The position numbers and the translations under genes are program-made. From assembly GCA_963822445.1 (NCBI GenBank), contig CAWGHO010000002.1, positions 1,696,001 through 1,760,000 on the forward strand: a stretch of 64,000 nt of DNA, read 5' to 3'. Of the stretch, positions 1-9,288 are shown piece after piece (positions within the stretch are counted from its first letter, which is position 1; each line of letters opens with the position of its first letter). The notes under the pieces were generated by a model, which saw nothing but the letters and a program-made list of their open reading frames with translations, did no database searches and had not been told where the DNA came from. This DNA is from an uncultured Acidobacteriota bacterium. GTDB taxonomy: Bacteria > Acidobacteriota > Thermoanaerobaculia > Gp7-AA8.

Positions 1-1
1 G

Positions 2-1306
2 GTCGTCACCAGCGGCAGCGGCGCGAAGGCAACATACGCATTCGCCGGATCGGCAGGCGATGCCGAGACCGTGATCCGCCGCGACTTCGATCGCGCCGAC
101 GTGAAGACGAAGCTCGAGCTGGCGCGCAAGCACAGCGGGCGCTCGAAGGAACTGGCGGATGCGTTTTCCTCCGCGCTCGCCGCGGAAGCCGGAAAGATAG
201 CCCGCACCGATTCCGGCACGGCCTGGCAGATCCTGAGCACGCTTGAAACGCTCCCCGGAACCTACACCGCGCCGATCGATCCAGCGTCGCTGATCTCCGG
301 GCCGATGGCCTCACGCACGATTGCGGCGATCGGCGACAAGAGCCTGCGCGAAAAAGCGCTGGGACAGGTTCGCGAGGTCCATTCGGAATGGCCGAAGGTC
401 TTCGGCGAAATGTTCTTCCTCGATCAGGAGCCGCGCATCCTCACGTCGATCATGAGCTCACTCGAGGAAGCGGGGCAGACCGAGATCCGCGATCGCCTGA
501 TCGACGAGACCGTTCGCTATCCGCGCCGCCATCCGCACGCGTTCTACTGGTACGTGAAGCGTCTCAACGACGACGAGAAGCTCTCGCCGCGCGCGAACTA
601 CACGATGCTCTTCCAGATCCTCGACGCGCTCACGCACGACGAGTTCTCAGGCGTCCGCGCGCGGCTGAAGGACATGTTCGACAAAGGCGGCCTGGCCATC
701 CGCATCGTGATGAGCCAGGACAATGAGGAACAGGCCCGCAAGCTCGTGGAGACGCTGGAACGCTACGGTGCCCTCGAGGAGTACCGCCGCGACATCATCA
801 GGCACGCCGCGCTGATGAAGTATCCGACGCTGCGCGAGCCGCAGGCGGAGCCGGTGTACGCGACTGCGGATTCGCTGGAGAAGAAACGCGCCGAGCTGGA
901 GAATCTGAAAAAGGTTGAGATTCCGGCGAACTCGAAGGCGCTGCAGGCCGCGCGGGAGATGGGCGATCTGCGCGAGAACTTCGAATACAAGGCGGCGCGC
1001 CAGCGAGCCGAATACCTCTCGGCGCGCGTCGGCGAGCTCGCATCGGAGATCTCCCGCGTGGCCGTCCTCGATCCGACGAAAGTCGACACGAACGCGGTCC
1101 ACGTCGGCACGAAGATCGATCTCTCCAACGGAGACGAGCACCGCACCGTCACCATCCTCGGCCCGTGGGAATCGGATCCCGAGCACGGCGTCTACTCCAA
1201 TCAGTCCGACGTGGCCAAGAAGCTCATCGGGCACACCGCCGGCGAGATCATCTCGTTCATGGGCAACGACTACATGATCGAGTCCATCCGCCGCTGGAAC
1301 GAGTAG
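2..1306 (+). CDS. Long GreA/GreB-domain transcription elongation factor (5' end outside window)
   Basis: Frame is open from base 2. The C-terminus has the GreA motif MGDLRENFEYKAAR and a GreA C-terminal domain (VHVGTKI...TILGPWESDP), preceded by >250 aa of helical sequence. Confidence 0.85.
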   Translation, partial: VVTSGSGAKATYAFAGSAGDAETVIRRDFDRADVKTKLELARKHSGRSKELADAFSSALAAEAGKIARTDSGTAWQILSTLETLPGTYTAPIDPASLISGPMASRTIAAIGDKSLREKALGQVREVHSEWPKVFGEMFFLDQEPRILTSIMSSLEEAGQTEIRDRLIDETVRYPRRHPHAFYWYVKRLNDDEKLSPRANYTMLFQILDALTHDEFSGVRARLKDMFDKGGLAIRIVMSQDNEEQARKLVETLERYGALEEYRRDIIRHAALMKYPTLREPQAEPVYATADSLEKKRAELENLKKVEIPANSKALQAAREMGDLRENFEYKAARQRAEYLSARVGELASEISRVAVLDPTKVDTNAVHVGTKIDLSNGDEHRTVTILGPWESDPEHGVYSNQSDVAKKLIGHTAGEIISFMGNDYMIESIRRWNE

Positions 1307-1369
1307 GCCGGCACGGCCGGCTGCGCTGATTGCTGCGCTGATGCACGTGCGGCTGCCGGTAGGGGCGAA

Positions 1370-1744
1370 TTAGGCGGGGGCCAGGGCGCGCATTTTCCAG
1401 CGCAGGGCGAGGACGATTCCGGCGACCACGAGTGACACGATGGCCGCGACCGAGTGCTGCATCCGCCCGTGCATGGCAAACATGCCGATCGCGCCGATCA
1501 TCACCGAGATGATCGCCGCGGCGCCGTAGGGAGCGGTTCGCGGCGTTAGCAGCAGCAGGGCCGCGCCAGTCTCCACCGCGCCGATGACGATGCGGAACCA
1601 GACCGGCAGCCCCCAGTTGCGGAATGCCCACGACCAGCCGCCGTCCTCGAAGAACTTGCGGATTCCGGCGTTGAGGAACATCGCGCACAGCATCAGGGTC
1701 AGGATCCAGGTGGTGGTCTCGCGAAGGATGTGTTTTTTGTTCAT
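1370..1744 (-). CDS. DoxX-family membrane protein
   Basis: Four hydrophobic segments; AGIRKF...FRNWGLP...IGAVE pattern. Start placed at MNKKH. Confidence 0.8.
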   Translation of the reverse strand: MNKKHILRETTTWILTLMLCAMFLNAGIRKFFEDGGWSWAFRNWGLPVWFRIVIGAVETGAALLLLTPRTAPYGAAAIISVMIGAIGMFAMHGRMQHSVAAIVSLVVAGIVLALRWKMRALAPA

Positions 1745-1813
1745 GCGGGCGATTGAACGCCCGGTGTCCGGATCGCGCGAGACTTGCGTGACGAGTGGGA
1801 GCGCGCTGGGGAC

Positions 1814-1912
1814 GAAGCGGAAGCTCTGGACTGCGGCGGCAGAGCCGCCGCTCTTGTTGCGCACCGAAGTGAGAGCGGCAGCTAGCGCTACCGCAGTCCA
1901 GAGCTTCGCTTC
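1814..1912. repeat. REP-like palindrome, GGA(C/G)TGCGGCGGC family
   Basis: GAAGCTCTGGACTGCGG...CCGCAGTCCAGAGCTTC inverted arms with internal hairpin GCGGCGGC-AGA-GCCGCCGC. Overlaps the LytTR stop codon; related copies at 8935 and 38497. Confidence 0.75.
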
Positions 1913-2604
1913 CGGAGCGCGCCAGCGTAGTTCCGACTCACCACCAACCTCGTTCCATCCGCCAGGACGACGTCACTCCCCACGACCTCACGCACCCTCG
2001 CGACATTCACGATCGTCGATCGGTGAATCCGCGCGAATTGCGCCGGGTCGAGCCGCTCCGCGAAGGACTTGATCGTGCCGCGCACGAGATGCTTCTTCGC
2101 GCCGGTGTGCAGGTAGACGTAGTTCTCCGCGGCCTCGATCCAGTCGACTTCGCTCGCGTCGAGAAAGACGATCCGTCCCGGCTCGCGCACGACCAGCCGG
2201 GTCAGCGGCGCGCGTCCTTCGATGTGATCGCGGGTTCTGCCGACGATCTTCACGGCGCGATCGATCGCGGCGTTCAGCCTTTCCTCATCGAACGGCTTGA
2301 GCAGGTAATCGAGCGCGTGCACCTCGAACGCGCGGAGAGCATGCTCGGAGTACGCCGTCGTGAAGATCACGAACGGCACTTCGTCATCATCGAAAGCGGC
2401 GAGGATGTCGAAGCCGGTGCGGGAGGGAACCTGGATGTCGAGCAGGAGCAACTCCGGCCGCGCGCCGGCAATCAGTTGCACCGCCTCGTCGCCATCGGCC
2501 GCGCTGCCGACGATCTCGACGTCCTCGCGGCGCCCCAGCAGCCGCACCAGCCGGGCGCGCGCCAGCCGCTCGTCTTCAACGATGATTGTGCGGATCGGAT
2601 CCAT
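1888..2604 (-). CDS. LytTR-family response regulator
   Basis: Receiver domain (VEDE, LLDIQ, FTTAY, DYLLKP) plus LytTR domain (FARIHRSTIVN). Confidence 0.93.
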   Translation of the reverse strand: MDPIRTIIVEDERLARARLVRLLGRREDVEIVGSAADGDEAVQLIAGARPELLLLDIQVPSRTGFDILAAFDDDEVPFVIFTTAYSEHALRAFEVHALDYLLKPFDEERLNAAIDRAVKIVGRTRDHIEGRAPLTRLVVREPGRIVFLDASEVDWIEAAENYVYLHTGAKKHLVRGTIKSFAERLDPAQFARIHRSTIVNVARVREVVGSDVVLADGTRLVVSRNYAGALRKRSSGLR

Positions 2605-3595
2605 GAGCTTTCAGAGGAAGTGCGATGCGCACGAGCGCGCCGCCGCCGTTCGCGGCCTCGAGCTGCATCGATTGCGCATGGCCGTAGAGATGCTGCAGGC
2701 GATCGCGCACGTTCGCCAGCCCCACGCCGCTCGGCGGCGCATCGCCGAAGCCAGGGCCGTCATCGGAGACCTCCAGCGACAGTTCGCCATCGTGTTCGCG
2801 TGCGCGAATCTCGATCCGCCCGCCATCGCGACGGCCGGCAACCGCGTGGCGCACCGCGTTCTCGACGAGCGGCTGCAGCAGAAACATCGGCACGGATCGA
2901 TCGAGCGAGCGTGGCTCGACGTCGGTCGTGAAGCGGAGCCGGTCGCCGAGGCGCATGCGCTGGATTTCGACGTAGCGGTCGAGGAGGGCCAGCTCGTCGC
3001 GCAGCGAGATCTCCTGTTTGCCGCCGGTCTCCATGGTGGCCCGAAGCAGCTCGCTCAGGCGGGTGATCATTCTGTCGGCGGCATCGACGTCCTCGTGCAT
3101 CAGCTCCGCGATTCCATGCAGGGTGTTGAAGAGAAAGTGCGGCTGGATCTGCGTGCGCAGCAGATCGAGGCGCGTTTCGGCAAGGCTGGCCTCGAGTTTC
3201 GAAGAGCGGATGTTCGCGTCGATGGCCCAGGTCACGCCGACGATCAGCCAGTACGCGGCGAGGTTCACCGGGATGTTGACCAGCATGGAGATCGAGCGCT
3301 GCGATGTGCCGAAGGCGCGCAGGATCTCGCTCACCGCCACGATCTTGATCGCGGTCAGAATGATCGAGAGCACGGTGTGCGTCGCAAGCCCGCGCGCGTT
3401 CGGCCGGAAGCGCCGCGCGAGCCAGGCCACGAGCGGATAAAGCAGCAGCCACGCGTACCAGCCGGTGAAGGCGAGGATGAGCGCGCCGCGAGCCGTGACG
3501 CGATGTCCGGTGTACGCGGAGTCGACCGCGAGCTGGCCGGCAAAGAGCACGGCCACGACCGTCCAGAGGACGAACGCGATCGCGAATCGACGCAT
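2576..3595 (-). CDS. LytS/YehU-type membrane histidine kinase
   Basis: N-terminal TM helices; QIQPHFLFNTL, LQPLVENAVRH, DDGPG, GVGLANV motifs; overlaps the response regulator. Confidence 0.92.
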   Translation of the reverse strand: MRRFAIAFVLWTVVAVLFAGQLAVDSAYTGHRVTARGALILAFTGWYAWLLLYPLVAWLARRFRPNARGLATHTVLSIILTAIKIVAVSEILRAFGTSQRSISMLVNIPVNLAAYWLIVGVTWAIDANIRSSKLEASLAETRLDLLRTQIQPHFLFNTLHGIAELMHEDVDAADRMITRLSELLRATMETGGKQEISLRDELALLDRYVEIQRMRLGDRLRFTTDVEPRSLDRSVPMFLLQPLVENAVRHAVAGRRDGGRIEIRAREHDGELSLEVSDDGPGFGDAPPSGVGLANVRDRLQHLYGHAQSMQLEAANGGGALVRIALPLKAHGSDPHNHR

Positions 3596-3657
3596 GATGA
3601 ATCGAGCACTATAGACGTACAATTCACCGACTTCGTGGTCCGGAGGAACCGTCCAAG

Positions 3658-3924
3658 ATGACGTACGTGATTGCCGAGCCCTGCGTTAACACCAAAGACA
3701 CTGCCTGCGTCGACGTCTGTCCGGTCGACTGCATTCATCCACGCAAAGACGAGTCGAACTTCGAAGAGTTCACCATGCTCTACATCGATCCGGACGTCTG
3801 CATCGACTGCGGCGCGTGCGAGCCGGCCTGCCCCGTTCAGGCGATTTTTCCGGCTGACCTCGTTCCGGAGCAGTGGAAGCACTACACCGAGATCAACGCC
3901 GACTGGTACAAATCCAGGGCGTGA
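3658..3924 (+). CDS. Ferredoxin (7Fe/8Fe FdxA-like)
   Basis: MTYVIAEPC...[10 protein letters not shown]...[12 protein letters not shown]. Confidence 0.93.
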   Translation: MTYVIAEPCVNTKDTACVDVCPVDCIHPRKDESNFEEFTMLYIDPDVCIDCGACEPACPVQAIFPADLVPEQWKHYTEINADWYKSRA

Positions 3925-4017
3925 CGCCCGTCACGGCACTTTTTTGTGATCCAGCTCACCAAGGGACCCTTCTTGTGGTGTAGACTGCGCGAGTTCTAGC
4001 TGCGCCGGCAACGGCAA

Positions 4018-4046
4018 CAAAGGGGCGTAACGCCCCTTTTTCTTTT
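4018..4046 (+). terminator. Intrinsic terminator-like hairpin
   Basis: AAAGGGGCG-TAA-CGCCCCTTT followed by TTCTTTT. Confidence 0.6.
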
Positions 4047-4056
4047 GTACGAAGTT

Positions 4057-4208
4057 CTTTGAAACGTTGATCGAGACCCTTCAGTTTCGCGCCCACCTCG
4101 GACCCAACCACGGTGAGCGGGCGAATGGGCGTGCCTCCGTGGAAATTGCTGAAGCTACCTCTCTCTCTCTGCAACGCGAGCCGGAGGGTCTCGACCAACG
4201 TCTCAAAG
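4057..4208. other. 152-bp element bounded by a 26-bp imperfect inverted repeat (candidate structured RNA or MITE)
   Basis: CTTTGAAACGTTGATCGAGACCCTTC (4057-4082) versus GGAGGGTCTCGACCAACGTCTCAAAG (4183-4208): 23/26 complementary. Confidence 0.5.
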
Positions 4209-4314
4209 TCACTTCCCCTTCAACATCCCGAAGCCGGCACGGCCGGCAGCGCTTGTTGCCCAAGGCTTGCGCACGAGCGTCGCAAGACCTCACCTCCCCT
4301 TCAACATCCCGAAG
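4209..4314. repeat. 25-bp direct repeat duplicating the 3' end of the DUF853 ATPase gene
   Basis: TCACTTCCCCTTCAACATCCCGAAG (4209-4233) versus TCACCTCCCCTTCAACATCCCGAAG (4290-4314): one mismatch, 56-bp spacer. Confidence 0.8.
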
Positions 4315-5876
4315 ATTCCCCTCACGATCGACTGCGTAACCGTGCGTGTGGCCTGACGCGCGACGTTCTGCGCCATCCGGCTCTCCAGCGCCGTCTCGAT
4401 CATCCCTTTCGGCTCACGTGGCGGACGCACCGCACGCGGCCGTGACGCGCGCGACGATTTTCGCGAGCCGCTCTTCCGCCATTCGAAGTCGTCGGCCTCT
4501 TCCTTCCAGCCGAACTCGTCCTTCTCCTGCTCCGCACTGTCGTCGAGCTTCTTCTGCAGGATCTCGTGCGCGCTCTCGCGATTGATCGCCGTCGCGTATT
4601 TCGGCGCGATCGGCGACGAGGCGATGATCCGCTGATACTGCGCATCGTCGACGGTCGACATGTGCGACGACGGCGCGAGGATCTGGCCGGTCGCTACCGC
4701 GGTGGGGATGCCTTTCGGATTCAGCACGGTCACCAGGGCCTCGCCGGTTCCGAGGGAAGTCAGCGAATGGGCGACGTCGACCAGCTCGCTCGGCGGGAAC
4801 GTCGACGCGGTGGCCTTGATGTTTTTCGCGTCCTTGGCAGTGAACGCGCGAATGGCGTGCTGCACACGGTTGCCGAGCTGCGCCAGGACATCCTCGGCGA
4901 CATCTTTCGGGGTCTGGGTGATGAAGAAGACGCCGATTCCTTTCGAGCGGATCAGCCGCGCCACCTGCTCGATGTGCTCCACGAGCGCGGATGACGCGTC
5001 AGCGAACAGCTGGTGCGCTTCGTCGAAGAAAAACACTAGCCTCGGCTTGTCCGGATCGCCCACCTCGGGCATGCGGTAGTAGAACTGGCCGAGGAGCCAC
5101 ATCAGGAAGGTCGAGTAGAGACGTGGTTTGTCCTGCACGTCGGCGAGGGAAAGGATGTTCACCACGCCCTTGCCGTCGACGACGCGCATCAGGTCGTTGA
5201 TGTCGAGCTCCGGCTCGCCGAAAAACTTCGCGGCGCCCTGCTGTTCGAGCTCGACCATCTTTCGCACGAGCACGCCCACGGTCGCCGTCGACATGCCTCC
5301 GTATTCTTTCAGGTCGGCCTTGCCCTCGCCGGAAAGGTACGTGAGCACTCCTTTCAGATCCTCGAAGTCGAGGAGCGGCATGCGCCGGTCATCGCAGTAT
5401 TTGAAAACCATCGCCAGCACGCTCTGCTGGACATCGGTGAGATCGAGCACCTTGCCGAGGAGGATCGGACCGAACGAGGAGACCGTGGCGCGAAGCTGAA
5501 TGCCGCGATTCCCGGTAAGGCTGAAGAATTCGGTGGGAAACGCTTCCGGCACATGGGTGCGGCCCACTCCCGCCGCGCGCGCGTTGAGGAAGTCGTTGGA
5601 CTCGCCGGGCAGAGACATGCCGGCGAGATCACCCTTCACGTCGGCGAGAAACACCGGCACGCCGTTTCGCGACAGCTGTTCCGCGAGCAGCTGCAGCGTG
5701 CGCGTTTTTCCGGTGCCGGTCGATCCGGCGATCATGCCGTGCCGATTCATCATCCGCAGCGGAATGCGCAGCGGGAGATCGCTGGCCGGCGTGCCGTCGC
5801 GGAGGACGTGTCCCACTTCGATGTGAGGGCCGGGGAAGCCGTAGGCAGAGCGGAAGGTCTCGTCGAAAGTAGTCAT
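4290..5876 (-). CDS. HerA-like ATPase, YjgR/DUF853 family
   Basis: NRHGMIAGSTGTGKT, ADVKGDL, FFFDEAH, RLIRSKGIG, QLGNRVQH motifs. Start placed at MTTFDE. Confidence 0.9.
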   Translation of the reverse strand: MTTFDETFRSAYGFPGPHIEVGHVLRDGTPASDLPLRIPLRMMNRHGMIAGSTGTGKTRTLQLLAEQLSRNGVPVFLADVKGDLAGMSLPGESNDFLNARAAGVGRTHVPEAFPTEFFSLTGNRGIQLRATVSSFGPILLGKVLDLTDVQQSVLAMVFKYCDDRRMPLLDFEDLKGVLTYLSGEGKADLKEYGGMSTATVGVLVRKMVELEQQGAAKFFGEPELDINDLMRVVDGKGVVNILSLADVQDKPRLYSTFLMWLLGQFYYRMPEVGDPDKPRLVFFFDEAHQLFADASSALVEHIEQVARLIRSKGIGVFFITQTPKDVAEDVLAQLGNRVQHAIRAFTAKDAKNIKATASTFPPSELVDVAHSLTSLGTGEALVTVLNPKGIPTAVATGQILAPSSHMSTVDDAQYQRIIASSPIAPKYATAINRESAHEILQKKLDDSAEQEKDEFGWKEEADDFEWRKSGSRKSSRASRPRAVRPPREPKGMIETALESRMAQNVARQATRTVTQSIVRGIFGMLKGR

Positions 5877-5900
5877 CGTCGTGGTTTTATCATCCGTTTC

Positions 5901-6773
5901 ATGAAGATCGCATTCATCGGACTCGGCGCCATGGGCTTTCCAATGGCGCGCCACCTTGCAAAAGAGCACGACGTCCTGGTCTGGAACCGGACCCGGGAGA
6001 AGGCCGAGCGGCATGCGGCCGAGGAGGGAACGCGGCTCGCGAACGACCTCGCTGCTTGCGCCGATGCCGAAGTCATCATCACCATTCTCCCGACCAGCAA
6101 AGAGGTCGACGAGATCGTCGATCAGCTTCTGCCGCATGTGAAATCAGGAACGCTCTGGATCGACGCGACGAGCGGCGACCCGAACGTGAGCCGGCTGACG
6201 GCCGCCCGTCTCGCGGACAAAGGCGTGGAGTTCGTCGATGCGCCGGTGACCGGTGCAGTCGTCGGTGCGACGAACGCGACGCTCACCATCATGATCGGCG
6301 GGACCGCGGAAGCGTTCGAACGGGCCAGAGAGATCCTGCGCCTGAACGGTAAGACCATCATCCACGTCGGACCGGTCGGCTCGGGTCACGCCATCAAGGT
6401 CCTCACGAACACGATCATGGGCGCGACGGTCTGGATCACATCGGAGTGCCTGCTCCTCGCGAAACAGCTCGGCATCGACATGAAGACCGCGCTCGAGGTG
6501 ACTAATGCCGGCAGCGGCCGGTCGAACGCCAGCGAGAACCTGTTGCCGATGCGGCTTCGCGATCATCAATGGCCGCTCGTCTTCAAGCTCGCCCACCACG
6601 ACAAGGACATCCGCATCGCGGCCTCGCTTTCGCATCAGCAGCATGCGTCGACGCCGATGCTCACCCTGACCCAGCAGCTCTTCACCGGCGCGCTGAACCA
6701 GCTCGGCGACAACGCCGACTACATCGAGGTAGCGAAGATCGTGGCGAAGATGAACGGAACCACTTGGGACTGA
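5901..6773 (+). CDS. NAD(P)-dependent oxidoreductase, 3-hydroxyisobutyrate dehydrogenase family
   Basis: IAFIGLGAMGFPMA, FVDAPVTG, GSGHAIK motifs. Confidence 0.92.
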   Translation: MKIAFIGLGAMGFPMARHLAKEHDVLVWNRTREKAERHAAEEGTRLANDLAACADAEVIITILPTSKEVDEIVDQLLPHVKSGTLWIDATSGDPNVSRLTAARLADKGVEFVDAPVTGAVVGATNATLTIMIGGTAEAFERAREILRLNGKTIIHVGPVGSGHAIKVLTNTIMGATVWITSECLLLAKQLGIDMKTALEVTNAGSGRSNASENLLPMRLRDHQWPLVFKLAHHDKDIRIAASLSHQQHASTPMLTLTQQLFTGALNQLGDNADYIEVAKIVAKMNGTTWD

Positions 6774-7594
6774 TGCCTCCACGCGTAACGGTGATCATGG
6801 CGACGTACAACTGGAGCGCCGTGCTCCCGTACTCGATCGCCAGCGCGCTGCAGCAGACGTTCACCGACTTCGAGCTCCTGGTCATCGGCGACGGGTGCAC
6901 CGACGATTCCGAGCGCGTCGTCAGCGAGATCAAAGACCCGCGCGTGCGATGGATCAGCATCCCGCGCTTCGGGCATCAGAGCGGTCCGAACAACGAGGGC
7001 CTGCGTCAGGCGCGCGGTGAGTACATCGCCTACCTTGGCCACGACGATCTCTGGCTGCAAGATCATCTGATGCAACTCGTCGCGGCCCTCGATGCCGGTG
7101 CCGATCTCGTCCACTCGACGCTGGCCATGGTTCAGACGGACGGGAGAATTTTCCCGTGGACTGCCATGCCCACGGCGACGATGCATCGGCGGTCGATGAC
7201 GGAGCGCATCGGCGGCTGGCGGGATTACCGCGAACTGACGGATGTGCCCGAGGTCGATTTCTATCGCAGGGCGAGAGAAGCGGGGATGAAGGTCACCTTC
7301 GTGCGGCGGCTCACCGGCGTCAAGTTCCCTGCTGCATGGCGGCGGAATGTCTATCGCGAGCGGCCGTGTCACGAACAGGCGGCGTGGCTCGAGCGCATCC
7401 GCTCCGAGCCCGATCTCGAGACGAGCCTGCTCGTGGAGATGGCCTTCGTGTCCTTGAAGCCGCCATCGATCGAGATGCGCATTGCCCGTCTGCTGGTAAG
7501 ACCCTGGCAATGGCCGGGCGCGGTATGGCGCAGGATTCCGCGCAAGGGGCTTACGATCCGGAACATGCTGCGGTTCAAAGGCGTGACTGACTGA
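6773..7594 (+). CDS. Glycosyltransferase family 2
   Basis: VTVIMATYN, IGDGCTD, YLGHDD motifs; TGATG coupling to the upstream gene. Confidence 0.88.
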   Translation: MPPRVTVIMATYNWSAVLPYSIASALQQTFTDFELLVIGDGCTDDSERVVSEIKDPRVRWISIPRFGHQSGPNNEGLRQARGEYIAYLGHDDLWLQDHLMQLVAALDAGADLVHSTLAMVQTDGRIFPWTAMPTATMHRRSMTERIGGWRDYRELTDVPEVDFYRRAREAGMKVTFVRRLTGVKFPAAWRRNVYRERPCHEQAAWLERIRSEPDLETSLLVEMAFVSLKPPSIEMRIARLLVRPWQWPGAVWRRIPRKGLTIRNMLRFKGVTD

Positions 7595-7605
7595 GGGAGA
7601 ACGAC

Positions 7606-8154
7606 ATGCTGCAGGGTGCACAGAAAGACTCACAGATCGTCACGAGCGACTGGCAGAAGGTCGGCGGTGGAATCGAAGGCGTGGTCATGCGCGAAGTGCT
7701 GCACGTGCCGCGCGACCACGGCGTGATCACGGAGTCGTATCGCCACGAATGGGATCCGACGGGTTTGCCGGTCGTGCACATCTACCAGTCGCGCCTCTTT
7801 CCGGGTGCGATCGGTGCGTGGAGCTGTCACATGAAATCGATCGATCGCCTGTTCGTGAATCAGGGCCACCTGAAGGTCGTGCTCTTCGATGGGCGTGAGG
7901 ACAGCAGCACCCACGGGATGTTGAAGGAGTACCACGTCGGCGACGCGCGTCCGACGTTCATCGTCCTGCCGACCGGCGTCTGGCACGGCCTGCAGAACCT
8001 CGGCGCGACCGACGCCCTGGTCCTGAACTTTCCGACGCTCGCTTACGACTACACCGACCCCGATCACTGGCGTCTGCCGTACGACACCGATCAGATTCCG
8101 TACAGCTGGCGCGCGACGGAGAGCTCGCGTTTGCGCGCGGACGCGAAGAGCTAG
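7606..8154 (+). CDS. dTDP-4-dehydrorhamnose 3,5-epimerase-like cupin
   Basis: [24 protein letters not shown] motifs; GGGAGA RBS. Confidence 0.8.
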   Translation: MLQGAQKDSQIVTSDWQKVGGGIEGVVMREVLHVPRDHGVITESYRHEWDPTGLPVVHIYQSRLFPGAIGAWSCHMKSIDRLFVNQGHLKVVLFDGREDSSTHGMLKEYHVGDARPTFIVLPTGVWHGLQNLGATDALVLNFPTLAYDYTDPDHWRLPYDTDQIPYSWRATESSRLRADAKS

Positions 8155-8909
8155 AACGTGCCGCGGTAAAGCCCGCCGTCGATCTGCAGCGACGTGCCGG
8201 TGACGTAGCTCGCGCGCTCGCTGCAGAGGAACGCGACGACGTTCGCCAGCTCCTCGGGCCGCCCGTAACGGCCCAGCGGAATCATCGCTTCGGACTTTTT
8301 CAGATATTCGTCCGGGGTGATGCCCTGATCCTTCGCGCGAATCTCGGCGAGGTGTTTCTGCCGGTCGGTGAGGAAGTGGCCGGGGAGCACGGCATTGACC
8401 AGGATTCCGTCGCGCGCGACCTGATCGGCGAGCGTTTTCGTGAGGCCGGAGATGCCCGCGCGCAACGTCGAGCTGACGGTGAGGAGCTCGATCGGTTGCT
8501 TGGCCACGAACGAAGTCAGATGAACGATCCGTCCCCACTTGCGTTCCTGCATGCCGGGAATCACCAGATTGCAGAGCCGGATGACATTCATGAGCGTGGA
8601 GTCGATGCCGCTCTGCCACTGCTCTTCGGTCAGCTTCAGAAACGGTGCGGCGGGCGGGCCGCCGGTGTTGGTTACCAGGATGTCGACGTGGCCGAATCGG
8701 GCGACCGTCTCATCGAACCAGCGTTTCAGGTCCTCGGCCTTGGAGACGTCGCAGGCGACGTTCAGCGAGTCCCCGATCGGCTGCGGCGCCGAACGGGCGC
8801 AAATGGAAACCTTGCAGCCTTCCGCGGCCAGCGTTTCGGCGATGGCGCGTCCGAGCCCTTTCGAGGCCGCGGCGACCATCGCCACGCGGTTTTGAATGCC
8901 CAGCTCCAT
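8151..8909 (-). CDS. SDR-family oxidoreductase
   Basis: AASKGLG, NTGGP, NAVLPG, SYVTG motifs. Confidence 0.9.
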   Translation of the reverse strand: MELGIQNRVAMVAAASKGLGRAIAETLAAEGCKVSICARSAPQPIGDSLNVACDVSKAEDLKRWFDETVARFGHVDILVTNTGGPPAAPFLKLTEEQWQSGIDSTLMNVIRLCNLVIPGMQERKWGRIVHLTSFVAKQPIELLTVSSTLRAGISGLTKTLADQVARDGILVNAVLPGHFLTDRQKHLAEIRAKDQGITPDEYLKKSEAMIPLGRYGRPEELANVVAFLCSERASYVTGTSLQIDGGLYRGTF

Positions 8910-8934
8910 GGTCGGGCGACGATATCATCCGGTT

Positions 8935-9025
8935 TTGGAGTGCGGTGGCTCTGCCACCGCTTTCCAAGCGCGCGGAGCGCGCCTCCGGCGCGTCACAAAG
9001 CGGCGGCAGAGCCGCCGCACTCCAA
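8935..9025. repeat. REP-like palindrome doublet, GGAGTGCGG family
   Basis: TTGGAGTGCGGTGGCTCTGCCACCGCTTT ... AAAGCGGCGGCAGAGCCGCCGCACTCCAA inverted pair. Confidence 0.8.
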
Positions 9026-9027
9026 CT

Positions 9028-9264
9028 ATGAATTGCCCCAACTGCTCGTCAGAGAGAATCCGCCGCGGTGGCATGAAGATCTGGATCGTCTACCTGATCC
9101 TCATCGTTCTGGCCGTCCCGGCGGTGGTGGCCTTCGAGCTTCACGCGGGGATCGTGGCGGGAATCGTGATCGCCGGGGCGGTGCTGGCCAACCTGATCCT
9201 CAACCAGCGGGTGTGCCTCGATTGTGGGCATCAGTGGGGAGGTCGGGATGACAAACCCAATTAA
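9028..9264 (+). CDS. Small membrane protein with split zinc ribbon
   Basis: MNCPNC, two TM segments, then VCLDCGHQW. Confidence 0.7.
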   Translation: MNCPNCSSERIRRGGMKIWIVYLILIVLAVPAVVAFELHAGIVAGIVIAGAVLANLILNQRVCLDCGHQWGGRDDKPN

Positions 9265-9288
9265 TCGTGTTAATTGGCCGCGAATCGA

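Noticed and set aside
4086-4135. HDV-like ribozyme suggested by GGCGAATGGG and a P2-like pairing
   Set aside because: No P1 or P1.1 pairing could be built; kept only as a generic structured-RNA candidate.
4209-4314. Mini CRISPR array
   Set aside because: Only two repeats, one of them coding, a 56-bp spacer and no cas genes.
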